From: Cyanophyceae cyanobacterium
GTDB lineage: Bacteria; Cyanobacteriota; Cyanobacteriia; Cyanobacteriales; Laspinemataceae
DNA length: 64,000 nt
Assembly (NCBI GenBank): GCA_038321985.1
Contig: JBBQFN010000001.1
Coordinates: 32,001-96,000, forward strand
Direction: 5' to 3'
In this document: positions 1 to 10,741 of the stretch, one piece after another
How positions within the stretch are numbered: the first letter of the stretch is position 1
How the letters are laid out: each line of letters opens with the position of its first letter
Program-made: the position numbers and the translations under genes
Notes under the pieces: generated by a model
Seen by the model: only the letters and a program-made list of their open reading frames with translations
Database searches by the model: none
What the model was told of the DNA's origin: nothing

Positions 1-533
1 GCATGAAAGATGTGGTTACCGCTGATCAAATGAAGCAAATAGTTGCGCAATTAGTTGATAAGTATGACTACATTGTGATCGACTCCCCGGCTGGGATTGA
101 AATGGGCTTTCAAAATGCGATCGCCGCCGCCACCGAAGCTATCATTGTCACCACCCCTGAAATCGCCGCCGTTCGAGATGCCGACAGGGTTGTAGGCTTG
201 CTCGAAGCCAATGGCGTAAAGAAAATTAACCTAATTGTCAACCGCATCAAACCGGCAATGGTAGAAGCCAATGATATGATGTCGGTCGAGGACGTTCAGG
301 AAATTCTCGCCGTTAATCTTCTCGGGGTCATTCCCGACGACGAACGAGTTATTGTTTCGACTAATCGCGGCGAACCCCTAGTATTAGCCGAACACCTTTC
401 CGTCGCCGGAATTGCCTTTGACAATATAGCTCGTCGCTTAGAAGGTGAAAAGGTTGATTTTCTGGATATGCGCGTCCCTCAAGACAACTTTTTTAGTCGT
501 CTGCGTAAATTATTTTCGGCTAAGATAATGTAA
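1..533 (+). CDS. minD: septum site-determining ATPase MinD (5'-partial)
   Basis: [28 protein letters not shown] and STNRGEP motifs; C-terminal amphipathic membrane-targeting helix FFSRLRKLF; directly upstream of minE. Confidence 0.96.
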   Translation, partial: MKDVVTADQMKQIVAQLVDKYDYIVIDSPAGIEMGFQNAIAAATEAIIVTTPEIAAVRDADRVVGLLEANGVKKINLIVNRIKPAMVEANDMMSVEDVQEILAVNLLGVIPDDERVIVSTNRGEPLVLAEHLSVAGIAFDNIARRLEGEKVDFLDMRVPQDNFFSRLRKLFSAKIM

Positions 534-556
534 GGCTCTACCACACCCCAAGCACC

Positions 557-895
557 ATGATTAGCGAACTGATTGAAAGACTTTTCCCTCGAACTGGCGA
601 CGACAACAGTCGCGAGGAGGTCAAGCGTCGTCTGAAACTGGTGCTGGCTCACGATCGCGCTGACCTAGACCCCGACACAGTGGAGGCCATGCGCAAAGAA
701 ATACTCCAGGTCGTTTCTCGCTATGTCGAACTCGACCTCGAAGGCTTGGATATTTCTCTCGAAAACAACCAGCGTGCCACAGCATTAATTGCCAACCTCC
801 CCATCCGCAGAGTCAAAGAAGAAAACCACACCCCTTCATCCCTCCTATCTACTGTATCTCCCGAATCTACTGTATCTCCCGAATCTACTCCCTAG
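557..895 (+). CDS. minE: cell division topological specificity factor MinE
   Basis: [17 protein letters not shown] ... [14 protein letters not shown] ... [12 protein letters not shown]; follows minD. Confidence 0.96.
   Translation: MISELIERLFPRTGDDNSREEVKRRLKLVLAHDRADLDPDTVEAMRKEILQVVSRYVELDLEGLDISLENNQRATALIANLPIRRVKEENHTPSSLLSTVSPESTVSPESTP
848..889 (+). repeat. 18-bp in-frame tandem duplication in the minE tail
   Basis: TCTACTGTATCTCCCGAA at 848-865 and 866-883, then a partial copy TCTACT; encodes [14 protein letters not shown]. Confidence 0.9.
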
Positions 896-2388
896 ATCAG
901 GGTGGCGATCGCATTCCCCATCCACTTGGCCTTTTTATAGAGAAGAGACCCGCTATTTTTTAGTCTCTACACACTATTATTTATAATTCTCTCTCTAGTT
1001 CCTGTTATTTTAGCTTTATAAAGACTGGGGTCACTTAGACCCTATTATTGAGCCGGGTATTCCCTCCAAATTACCCCATAGCCTTAATACGAAACCCCTT
1101 GTCTCATTCCAACAAGATTCCCCCAGCCCCCTTAATCAGTGGCATAATTCCCATGGCAGGATTCCCACACATCCAGAAAAAAGGACTGTCGGGGGCTTTC
1201 CCGATTTTGCAAGAGGTCCCCTAAATCGACTCTAAAAAGTCTTTAAAAATTAGCCCCGGTTATGAGGCTTTGTTCAGCTCTACCAAATTTAAGTCATTAT
1301 CCGGTTTTGCCAAGATAGCCTGCCGTCGAAATATCACATCTTGCTCCCTAAGGCAATAGCAAGCAAGAGATGAAGCCTTCGGCAAGATTATAGAACCCAC
1401 TCCCCAAAAATGTACCTCATAACTGCGGGAATCGCTATAGAGGCCCCACATTTAAAGTAAAGGTATTTAATCCCGGTAAAATTATTAAAAAAATACCTAA
1501 ACAATCCGATCCTTCTTCCCATTTTTACCCAGATTCTTAAAAGAGTCCATGAAGAATTAAAATCACTCTTTTAAGAAAAACCTTTGGTAATTCAACAGAA
1601 GCCTTAGGGATTAAAATGCGCCCCCCCCAATTTTTAAAGTTTTAATGTTGCTTCTATATTTTTTCTGTAAAGTTGTCACTGAAAAAATTCCGGCAAGCAA
1701 CTCCGTATCTTTTCTTAAATATGAAGAAATGTAAAGTTTTTTTAGACCTATCTTTTCTGGTTCACCAGAGAAAAATAGCTTGGAGCCTTCTCAACCTAGG
1801 GTTTGATAGGGAATCCCTTGATTGGGGATGGTTTAAGTTACGATAAATCTGGGAAACAATCCATCCAACCTTTAATTCTCAATCTCAATGCCCTAAGGGT
1901 GTGTCAACAGGTATCCCAGGTTTCTGTGAGTTGCCACACATACTATCTAATGCTTCCACTTGTACTGTCTAGCTGGCTCTTGATGGGTTTTGGGGTAGAT
2001 GAACCCAACATCAAACCCTGCTGGCCCGATTGGCATCAACTCCAATCGGCTCCCCAGTCATCCTCTCATCAATCTATCGAAAAACCGATTTCCTCCCACT
2101 ATCGAGGCAGTTCTAGAGAACGGGATTAACAGCTTGGCCTTGAACCTGCTGATCCCGTTCTGTTTGCTGCGGTGAAACCGTCAAAAGTCCCCCGGTTTAG
2201 CCGGGACTCCCACATCCTACATTGTTGGAACTGAATGCTTAGAGCCAGGTTGTCCTTGAAGCTGCCTCGCTCATAACTTGCTCAACCAAGCGGACCTTTC
2301 TCCCCTCTTAAATTCTCCGTAAATCTATTGAGGTTGAGTTACACTAAAGTTAACCTTAACTTTAGTTATTTCTTCTCCAACCCCTGCT

Positions 2389-3270
2389 ATGAATCTTTAC
2401 AGAAAATTTACAATTGCCGTAGCAATTACATCAACCGCTGCTATCAGTCTATTTAGCTCTGCGGCTACAGCCTTCACTATCACCTCCAATAGCAGTACCC
2501 AAATTTTGCTGGAGGCACTGCTGGGAAAAACCTATGATGGATTGACTAATTTTTCCATGGATATCCAGGGCAATTCAGAAGCAATAGGGTTATTTGAGAA
2601 TGACCCCTTTGGCTTGAATTCAGGAATCGTCCTCAGTACAGGTCGAGTGAGTGAAATACCAGGGGAAAATACCAAAGATGGTGGGCTCACCCAACAGGAC
2701 GGTTTTCCTAACGACCTGAGTAAAGATTTTATCGATTCAAAGACCCCTGACTGGATTTCTCTACAAATTAGTTTTGATGCTGACGATACCGCTCGTAAGT
2801 TATTCTTTCAATATGTATTTGGTTCTGAGGAATTTGTAGAATTTGGGGGGTCTGAATTCAATGATTTATTTGAGCTGGAACTCAACGGAACCAATCTCGC
2901 GAAACTAAGTGATGGTCAAACCGTAACCATTAACCATCTCGTCCCTGACCCGAACGGGCCTTTTCACTCAGACTATATCAACAATCCGGTTGGATCTAGC
3001 ACCCCAACTAAACTGGATGGCTTTACTAAAATGCTGACCTTTGAAGGACTGCTTCGGCAAAATACTAGAAATACTCTCACGATTAAAATTGCTGATGTTG
3101 GAGATGGCCGTTTGGATTCTGCTGTTTTCTTGAAGGGTCAGTCCTTGGGAACCGCCTTGCTCCCAGAGACTGAGAAAGTTCCGGAACCGGGTTTAGCGAT
3201 CGCCTCCTTAGCAGTGGGTGGTCTGATCCTGAGCAAGCGGCGCAAATCCTCTTACCGTTCCCGGGACTAA
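2389..3270 (+). CDS. PEP-CTERM sorting-domain protein with a choice-of-anchor L-like domain
   Basis: N-terminal signal peptide; GIVLSTG, FQYVFGSEEF, FND, IADVGD..DSAVFL motifs; C-terminal VPEP + hydrophobic helix + KRRK. Confidence 0.88.
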   Translation: MNLYRKFTIAVAITSTAAISLFSSAATAFTITSNSSTQILLEALLGKTYDGLTNFSMDIQGNSEAIGLFENDPFGLNSGIVLSTGRVSEIPGENTKDGGLTQQDGFPNDLSKDFIDSKTPDWISLQISFDADDTARKLFFQYVFGSEEFVEFGGSEFNDLFELELNGTNLAKLSDGQTVTINHLVPDPNGPFHSDYINNPVGSSTPTKLDGFTKMLTFEGLLRQNTRNTLTIKIADVGDGRLDSAVFLKGQSLGTALLPETEKVPEPGLAIASLAVGGLILSKRRKSSYRSRD

Positions 3271-3741
3271 AGGATTCCGTAAAGTAGGGTTAACGGGTGA
3301 TCGTTGAACCTACGTCTAAATTATGCCTGCTACGCACAGGGTGCAACTATAAAGTAGGGGCAATTTTTCTTATAAGTGTCTGTTGCGCGCGATCGCACTC
3401 CTTCCCCTTTGGTAACTTTTCCCATCAAGTTCCAATTCACTGTTTCCAGAAAAACTATCATCACCCACCGCAATATCCAGATGATCAACATCTAACTACA
3501 CCTCCCCTCTATTGAAACTCTTTATCGGCTTTTTATATTTCTAATTAATAATTTGCAATTATTGAGTATGACTCCCCGAAATATGTCCAACCCCTTGGTC
3601 CTTACCCGGACTAAAAAAGTGACTTCCATTCCATAAATATTCCCCAAAAATAGAAGTGTAAAGCGATCCCGATTAGTGATACCCTTGAGGATGGCAAAAA
3701 TAACGCTAACTCAGAGCGTCAGAGCGGATCCCTTTAGCTGA

Positions 3742-5211
<1,470 letters not shown>

Positions 5212-5231
5212 TTGCTCAAACGCACTATCTT

Positions 5232-5271
5232 GCTAATGGTTAATAAAAGTTAGATTCTATTAACCATTAGC
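5232..5271 (+). other. 14-bp stem-loop between atpD and atpC (possible mRNA processing/stability element)
   Basis: GCTAATGGTTAATA (5232-5245) pairs perfectly with TATTAACCATTAGC (5258-5271); no U-tract follows. Confidence 0.6.
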
Positions 5272-5315
5272 TGAGGCGGATTTGCGAGTAACTATTGACA
5301 ATTGAAAACTGGAAT

Positions 5316-5723
5316 ATGACATTAACGGTTCGCGTGATTTCCCCAGATAAAACAGTCTGGGATTCTCAGGCTCAGGAAGTGATTCTGCCAAGTACCACAG
5401 GGCAACTGGGTATTCTCAGCGAACACGCTCCTTTGCTAACTGCCCTCGATGTGGGTGTAATGCGGGTTCGTGCCGATAAAGATTGGGTGGCGATCGCCCT
5501 GATGGGTGGTTTTGCTGAAGTTGAACAAAACGAAGTCACCATCCTCGTTAACGGTGCCGAACAGGGCGACAAAATTAACCTAGAACAAGCTCAAAAAGAC
5601 TATTCAGCAGCAGAAACTCGTCTGAATAGCTCGGCTACTGGCACCCGTCAAGAGCAAATTCAGGCCAAACAAGCCCTCAAGCGAGCTAGAGCTCGTGTAC
5701 AAGCCGCAGGTGGTATGGTTTAA
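5316..5723 (+). CDS. atpC: F0F1 ATP synthase subunit epsilon
   Basis: [33 protein letters not shown]; follows the beta subunit gene; ATG at 5316 preferred over TTG at 5295. Confidence 0.97.
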   Translation: MTLTVRVISPDKTVWDSQAQEVILPSTTGQLGILSEHAPLLTALDVGVMRVRADKDWVAIALMGGFAEVEQNEVTILVNGAEQGDKINLEQAQKDYSAAETRLNSSATGTRQEQIQAKQALKRARARVQAAGGMV

Positions 5724-5764
5724 CGGTTTAACTAATGGTTTAACTCATTTAATCAAAACCGATG

Positions 5765-5815
5765 AGGGTGAAGTCTGAACAGTAGTCGTTACTGCTTCAC
5801 CCTTCACCCTTTTTC
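5765..5815 (+). terminator. probable terminator after atpC
   Basis: AGGGTGAAG ... CTTCACCCT stem followed by a T-run, between convergent genes. Confidence 0.55.
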
Positions 5816-5826
5816 ATAGCCCTAAT

Positions 5827-6132
5827 TTATACTCCAGCCTGAGCCAACAAAGGCTGAATCGTTTCCCAAGTTAGACCTTGCTCAATATAGGCGGGTTTGT
5901 CTGGATTCAAGGGGCTTTTAAGACGATCAATTTTAATAATTGTACTGTCCTCGGCTAAGATTGGTACATCTGGGTCGAAAGCAGTCGGACGAGTTAAAGA
6001 ACTAGAAAATCCCTTAAAAATGGTAACTTCATCGAGTTGTCCATCAATTTCTGCTGTTACGAGCAATATTTCTTGGGGACAGTTTTGAGTATATTTTTCA
6101 AGACGTTGACCCGGGGAGTAATTGATTGCCAT
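5827..6132 (-). CDS. conserved cyanobacterial/plastid-type hypothetical protein
   Basis: 101-aa ORF with IFKGFSSSL..PTAFDPDVP..IDRL..P motif, which I recall from a small family in oxygenic phototrophs. Confidence 0.8.
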   Translation of the reverse strand: MAINYSPGQRLEKYTQNCPQEILLVTAEIDGQLDEVTIFKGFSSSLTRPTAFDPDVPILAEDSTIIKIDRLKSPLNPDKPAYIEQGLTWETIQPLLAQAGV

Positions 6133-6248
6133 CGTTCACACAAATTTAAGTCTACTTTTAAAAGAAGCGTGAATGCAGAATAATCGGGATTGTTTTCCTT
6201 AAACTATTGAGAAAAATTGAGAGGGAGATTTGAGGAGGGAGAGTTCCC

Positions 6249-6307
6249 TAAGCTGCGATCGCTCCTAAATTTAGCGGGCTATTTATTTTTCAAGCGATCG
6301 CAGCTTA
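6249..6307. repeat. 15-bp inverted repeat built on two HIP1 sites
   Basis: TAAGCTGCGATCGCT (6249-6263) and AGCGATCGCAGCTTA (6293-6307) around an AT-rich spacer. Confidence 0.8.
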
Positions 6308-6332
6308 AGCAACAAAGAGACCAACTCCAGAG

Positions 6333-6932
6333 TTATTGTCCGGTTGCAGAGCGGCCTTGCTTACCCAGACGAATCAAGACAAAGTAAGCAAAACAAAGAA
6401 CGTAAATCACCAATCCCACCAATCCCCAAAATCCTAATAGGCCGGGGTCACCATTGGGATGTAAAATTTCTTTAAAGCCCCAAGGGGGATCGAGCCAAAC
6501 TCGGCATGAGGAGTTATTTAGGAGTGCAGATTGACTAGAGAAAGCACAACCTAAAAAAGGAATTTGAATTAAAGTGCCGACTGCCATATAAAGGGAAATC
6601 GCCCAACGCCAAGAGGTAAAGGCCAGCTTTAACGGAGATTGGGGGCGATCGTCCAAATCTTCATTCAGATCGAGCCAAAACCATAGAGAAAGCGGAATCA
6701 AAAAGCGAGCCACAAACGACGAGATAAAGCTCAGAGGCAGAGCACCAATCATCAGATAGACCGTAATGGCAAGTAAGCTGGAAACCCGCCAATAAATCAT
6801 TAATAAGCGCTGAATTGAATCTGCATTCTGAGTCAAAGACCAAATCAGCAGAATCAGCGGTAGGATTACTGTAAATAAGACAGCTAGCCGGTAATCCATC
6901 CAGACTAGCGGTTGAAACCAAGGTTGCTCCAT
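6333..6932 (-). CDS. DUF3177 family membrane protein
   Basis: LVWMDYRLAVLFTV.LPL.LLIW, YWRVSSLLAIT and RLGKQGRSA motifs; several TM helices; likely start MEQPWF at 6932. Confidence 0.88.
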   Translation of the reverse strand: MEQPWFQPLVWMDYRLAVLFTVILPLILLIWSLTQNADSIQRLLMIYWRVSSLLAITVYLMIGALPLSFISSFVARFLIPLSLWFWLDLNEDLDDRPQSPLKLAFTSWRWAISLYMAVGTLIQIPFLGCAFSSQSALLNNSSCRVWLDPPWGFKEILHPNGDPGLLGFWGLVGLVIYVLCFAYFVLIRLGKQGRSATGQ

Positions 6933-7129
6933 TGTGGATTTCCCATGACCGTGGAACTTAGCATCGTACTGTTGGTAAAGAGGCGACCCTATGAGATCGC
7001 CCCTCTTAGGATAACCAACAAACACAAGCAACTGGACTCTCCGACTAGAGAATTCCAGTTGCCAAAAAAAGAAATTGTAATCGAGGTTAAAGCCCTTTAT
7101 TTTGGGTTATTCCCGTGGGGTACTCTAAT

Positions 7130-7351
7130 CTATTCGTCGTAGATCCGGCATTCAGCCGCATCCGGATTGTCATCACAAAATTTCTCTAACGAGTTCTTGG
7201 GTTTTTGCTGGCGCTTATGGGCCGCTTCTGCTTGCACTTCTTCAGCTGCATCCCAGGCTGCCGCACACTCTTGGGAGTTGGCTCCGCTCGTATCGCAGAC
7301 AGCGCGGGCATTTTGAAGCTCTTGTTCGATTTGTTCTTGGATGTTGCTCAT
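7130..7351 (-). CDS. cp12: Calvin cycle protein CP12
   Basis: N-terminal Cys pair, CAAAWDAAEEV core, C-terminal LEKFCDDNPDAAECRIYDE; start MSNIQEQ at 7351. Confidence 0.96.
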   Translation of the reverse strand: MSNIQEQIEQELQNARAVCDTSGANSQECAAAWDAAEEVQAEAAHKRQQKPKNSLEKFCDDNPDAAECRIYDE

Positions 7352-7881
7352 AGCTTTTTGTTTTCTCAACAACTTAGGCACTATGGGAAAGGTTTCCGCT
7401 TCATCTTAACGCTAACTTCTTTGGGTGGGTCGGGTTCTATTGAACGGGGACGACTCGGGCCTTAGAGTTTATTAGCCCAGACAACATAGGCGGATAGAAA
7501 AGGCAAGATCCTACCAAACATGGGACCTCAGAGTGGACCGGGTTGGGACAGAACGCTAATTTTTCTCCCCGGGATACAGGAAACCAGGGCCGCGGCAGTT
7601 TATCCGTTGTTATTTTTTAAGATTCGGCGGTGTGACCCTTCTCCCCCCCAGTAGATACTCTACTGTCTTATTCCCTAGAAATGTTAAATTATTTTAACAC
7701 AAGCCTAGATTGCAGGGGCGATCGCCGGTCTCAGGGGCGATCGCTACAGCCAGATTAACGGCCTAACCGGAGGTAAAGGGGGTCCTAAACCCACTCCCAG
7801 GCGGCTGACAACCCCGCAGAAATTAGCTAAAAAGCAAATCTCTTTATTTAATACTCAAAGTTTTAGCACTCTATCAACAAG

Positions 7882-9129
7882 GTGAAACCCGTGGCAGACC
7901 AAATGAAGTGGGCAAACGCATTGTCAACCCGTCCTTCATTGGAAGGGGCGGTAGCAGAGGTAGTAGAACGATCGCAGCACCAGTTATCGGCCCCAGCCGA
8001 TCTCGGTTTTGTCTTTATTTCCTCAGCTTTTGCCAGCGAATATTCGCGGCTGATGCCCTTACTGCAAGAGCGTTTAGCCCTGCCAGTTCTGATTGGCTGT
8101 TCCGGAAGCGGGATTATTGGCATGGAGGGAGACAGTGATGGGCCTGTGGAAGCACGAGAACTGGAACAACAGCCCGCCTTGAGTCTAACTTTGGCCTCTT
8201 TGCCTGGAGTGAAGGTAGAAGCCTTTCATCTGGAGGGGGGAGAACTGCCCGATCTAGATAGTCCTCCCGATGCCTGGGTGGAGGCGATCGGGGTCCCGGC
8301 GAGCAGTCGCCCCCACTTTATCCTCCTCGCCGACCCCTTTACGTCAAAAATTAATGACTTACTGCAAGGGCTAGATTTTGCGTATCCCGGCTCGGCTAAA
8401 GTTGGGGGATTGGCGAGTGGGGGGTCCGTCGGGAATACCATTGCATTATTTAGCCACGATCGCCTTTATCGAGAAGGGGCGGTCGGCGTCGCCTTAAGTG
8501 GCAATATTGTCTTGGAAACCATAGTGGCTCAGGGTTGTAAACCCATTGGACATCCGTTTACGGTCAAAGAGTGCGAGCGCAATATTCTCCTGGCACTGGA
8601 TGCCGGCCCTAGCACTTCCGGCCTGTCCCAAAAGCCCCTAGAAGCCCTGAAAGCAGTGATTGACAGCCTGAATGAATCAGACCGGCAACTGGCCCAGCAT
8701 TCCCTGTTTATCGGCATAGCACGGAATGAATTTAAAGATGAACTCGAACAGGGGGACTTTTTAATCCGGAACGTGTTGGGAGTGGACCCTAGGGAAGGAG
8801 CGATCGCAGTCGGCGATCGGCTTCGTCCCGGCCAACGCATCCAGTTCCACCTCCGGGATGCCCAAACCTCTGCCGAAGACCTAGAAATGCTCCTGCAACG
8901 GTATCAGAATAGCTCCCCCACCTCATCCGTAGGAGCCTTAATGTTTGCCTGTATCGGACGCGGTGAACAACTCTATGGTCAACCCGATTTTGACTCTCGT
9001 CTGTTTAGGCAATATGCCGGAAACATCCCCGTTAGTGGCTTTTTCTGCAACGGTGAAATCGGTCCAGTGGGGGGTGGAACCTTCCTACATGGCTACACGT
9101 CCGTATTTGGAATATGTCACCCTCTCTAA
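7882..9129 (+). CDS. FIST N/C domain signal transduction protein
   Basis: LIGCSGSG, GGLASG, VAQGCKPIG, FLIRN, MFACIGRG, GFFCNGEIGP and LHGYTS motifs. Confidence 0.92.
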   Translation: MKPVADQMKWANALSTRPSLEGAVAEVVERSQHQLSAPADLGFVFISSAFASEYSRLMPLLQERLALPVLIGCSGSGIIGMEGDSDGPVEARELEQQPALSLTLASLPGVKVEAFHLEGGELPDLDSPPDAWVEAIGVPASSRPHFILLADPFTSKINDLLQGLDFAYPGSAKVGGLASGGSVGNTIALFSHDRLYREGAVGVALSGNIVLETIVAQGCKPIGHPFTVKECERNILLALDAGPSTSGLSQKPLEALKAVIDSLNESDRQLAQHSLFIGIARNEFKDELEQGDFLIRNVLGVDPREGAIAVGDRLRPGQRIQFHLRDAQTSAEDLEMLLQRYQNSSPTSSVGALMFACIGRGEQLYGQPDFDSRLFRQYAGNIPVSGFFCNGEIGPVGGGTFLHGYTSVFGICHPL

Positions 9130-9727
9130 AAGTGTTCAATAAACTGAGTGTTCGCTCACCCGTTAGGGGAAACGCCATCGCAGTTATTGATTTCTTGAAT
9201 GCTGTTTTGGGCTGAGTGTGATTATCCTCCTTCAAGGGAGGCGACTGTTTCCACTTCGAGCAATTCTTTCCCGTCTTTATTAAACCGAAGTCATAGAATT
9301 GCCCCGGTGGCCCGGTTCGCCCGATTCCCTGAGTAATTTTTACTTTTTTACCCCCATAAAATTGGGTTACAAAAAGAAAAATTCATTAGATTTACGGACA
9401 GTGTAGGAGACAAAAGTTAACAAAAAAATTCAGGTTCACAAAGAACACTTAATCGATTGGTGGTGTGTTATGTTAGCAATTAGCAGATAAAATTTCTGCC
9501 AATTTAAAGCCTGTGTAACCCGCTTTTAGTCGGGGGTTTTAAGTTGGAAAAACTCAAAAAACTCGCCGGAGTTGCATCCAGTTATCGGATGTCTGAATTT
9601 TCGTTCCCATCCATCCCATTCTTTGGATTCGTCGGCAAAAGATCGCTTTTTTTAACAAAACCAGGCGATTCAGATTAAAGACAATCCAATGGGAAACAAA
9701 AGAGCAAGTTTCCTCATCAAAATTTTT

Positions 9728-10720
9728 ATGAAGATTTGCCGTCTCCAACCTGCGATGGTAGCGATCGCATTATTAGGGCCACTGGGGTTAACAACCGGCG
9801 CAGTCGCTCAAAGCTCCGATCCCTTCGCCCTTGAGAGTCCAACTCAGGGATGTCAAGCCTGCTTACTCGATAGCTTGACGACTCCCACCCTCGCGGTACC
9901 CCTTGCTCCCAATCATACAGACTTATCCCGGAGCGATCCGGAGATGAGATCCCAAACCTCCGATAGTCCTGCCCCCCAAAACGTGAGAGCGCAAACCCAG
10001 CAACTTCAGCAGCGCCTACAAACGTTGCAAGAAGTGCCATTGCAACAAATTTATTTGGGAGCACCGGGAACCAGTTCTAATACCCCCACCGCTTATGGGG
10101 GACGTTTTGGGACTGTCGGAGTCGGTTTGAGCTATCAAGATCGAACCCGGTACACCGAAAAAGCCGACGGCACAGCAGGTGTCGTGATGAGCTTTGGAAA
10201 TCCTCAGACTGTCGTTGGCTTCGATGTCGGGGTGAGTGCCTTAGACTTATCCGACTATGGCGATCGCGGTTCCTTTAACTTCAAAGTTCACCGCGCCCTC
10301 CCCAATGACTTAGCGGTAGCGGTCGGATTGGAAAATGCCCTAATCTGGGGCTTTTCTGATGCGGATACTAGCCTTTACGGAGTCGTCAGCAAGCGATTTC
10401 GCGTTAAAGAAAATAGCCAAGACCCCTTTAGCCGACTTTCCGTCTCTGCCGGAATCGGAAACGGTCGATTTCGGACCGAGGATCAAGTCCAAGACGACGA
10501 AGGAAGTGTGGGCTTATTTGGCAGCCTAGCCGTCCAAGTCGTTCCCCCCGTGAGTCTGTTTACCGAATGGACGGGCCAAGACTTAAACATTGGAGCATCA
10601 GTCTTGCCCTTCCGCAATATACCCCTTGTAATTACACCCACTCTAAGCGACATCACCGGAACCGCTGGTGATGGAACTCGCTTCTCAGTCGGTGTTGGCT
10701 ACGGAATGTCTTTGTTTTAA
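9728..10720 (+). CDS. putative outer-membrane beta-barrel protein (uncharacterised)
   Basis: Signal peptide ending AVA-Q; C-terminal ~200 aa of alternating Gly/aromatic amphipathic strands; ends in terminal Phe (FSVGVGYGMSLF); start may be 9689 or 9728. Confidence 0.72.
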   Translation: MKICRLQPAMVAIALLGPLGLTTGAVAQSSDPFALESPTQGCQACLLDSLTTPTLAVPLAPNHTDLSRSDPEMRSQTSDSPAPQNVRAQTQQLQQRLQTLQEVPLQQIYLGAPGTSSNTPTAYGGRFGTVGVGLSYQDRTRYTEKADGTAGVVMSFGNPQTVVGFDVGVSALDLSDYGDRGSFNFKVHRALPNDLAVAVGLENALIWGFSDADTSLYGVVSKRFRVKENSQDPFSRLSVSAGIGNGRFRTEDQVQDDEGSVGLFGSLAVQVVPPVSLFTEWTGQDLNIGASVLPFRNIPLVITPTLSDITGTAGDGTRFSVGVGYGMSLF

Positions 10721-10741
10721 CCCAATTTAAGGAGGGTGAAC

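Noticed and set aside
1803..2129. 108-aa ORF in the minE-PEP-CTERM gap (also 789-986, 1260-1451, 3297-3515)
   Set aside because: No recognisable motifs and weak starts; most likely chance ORFs in regulatory DNA.
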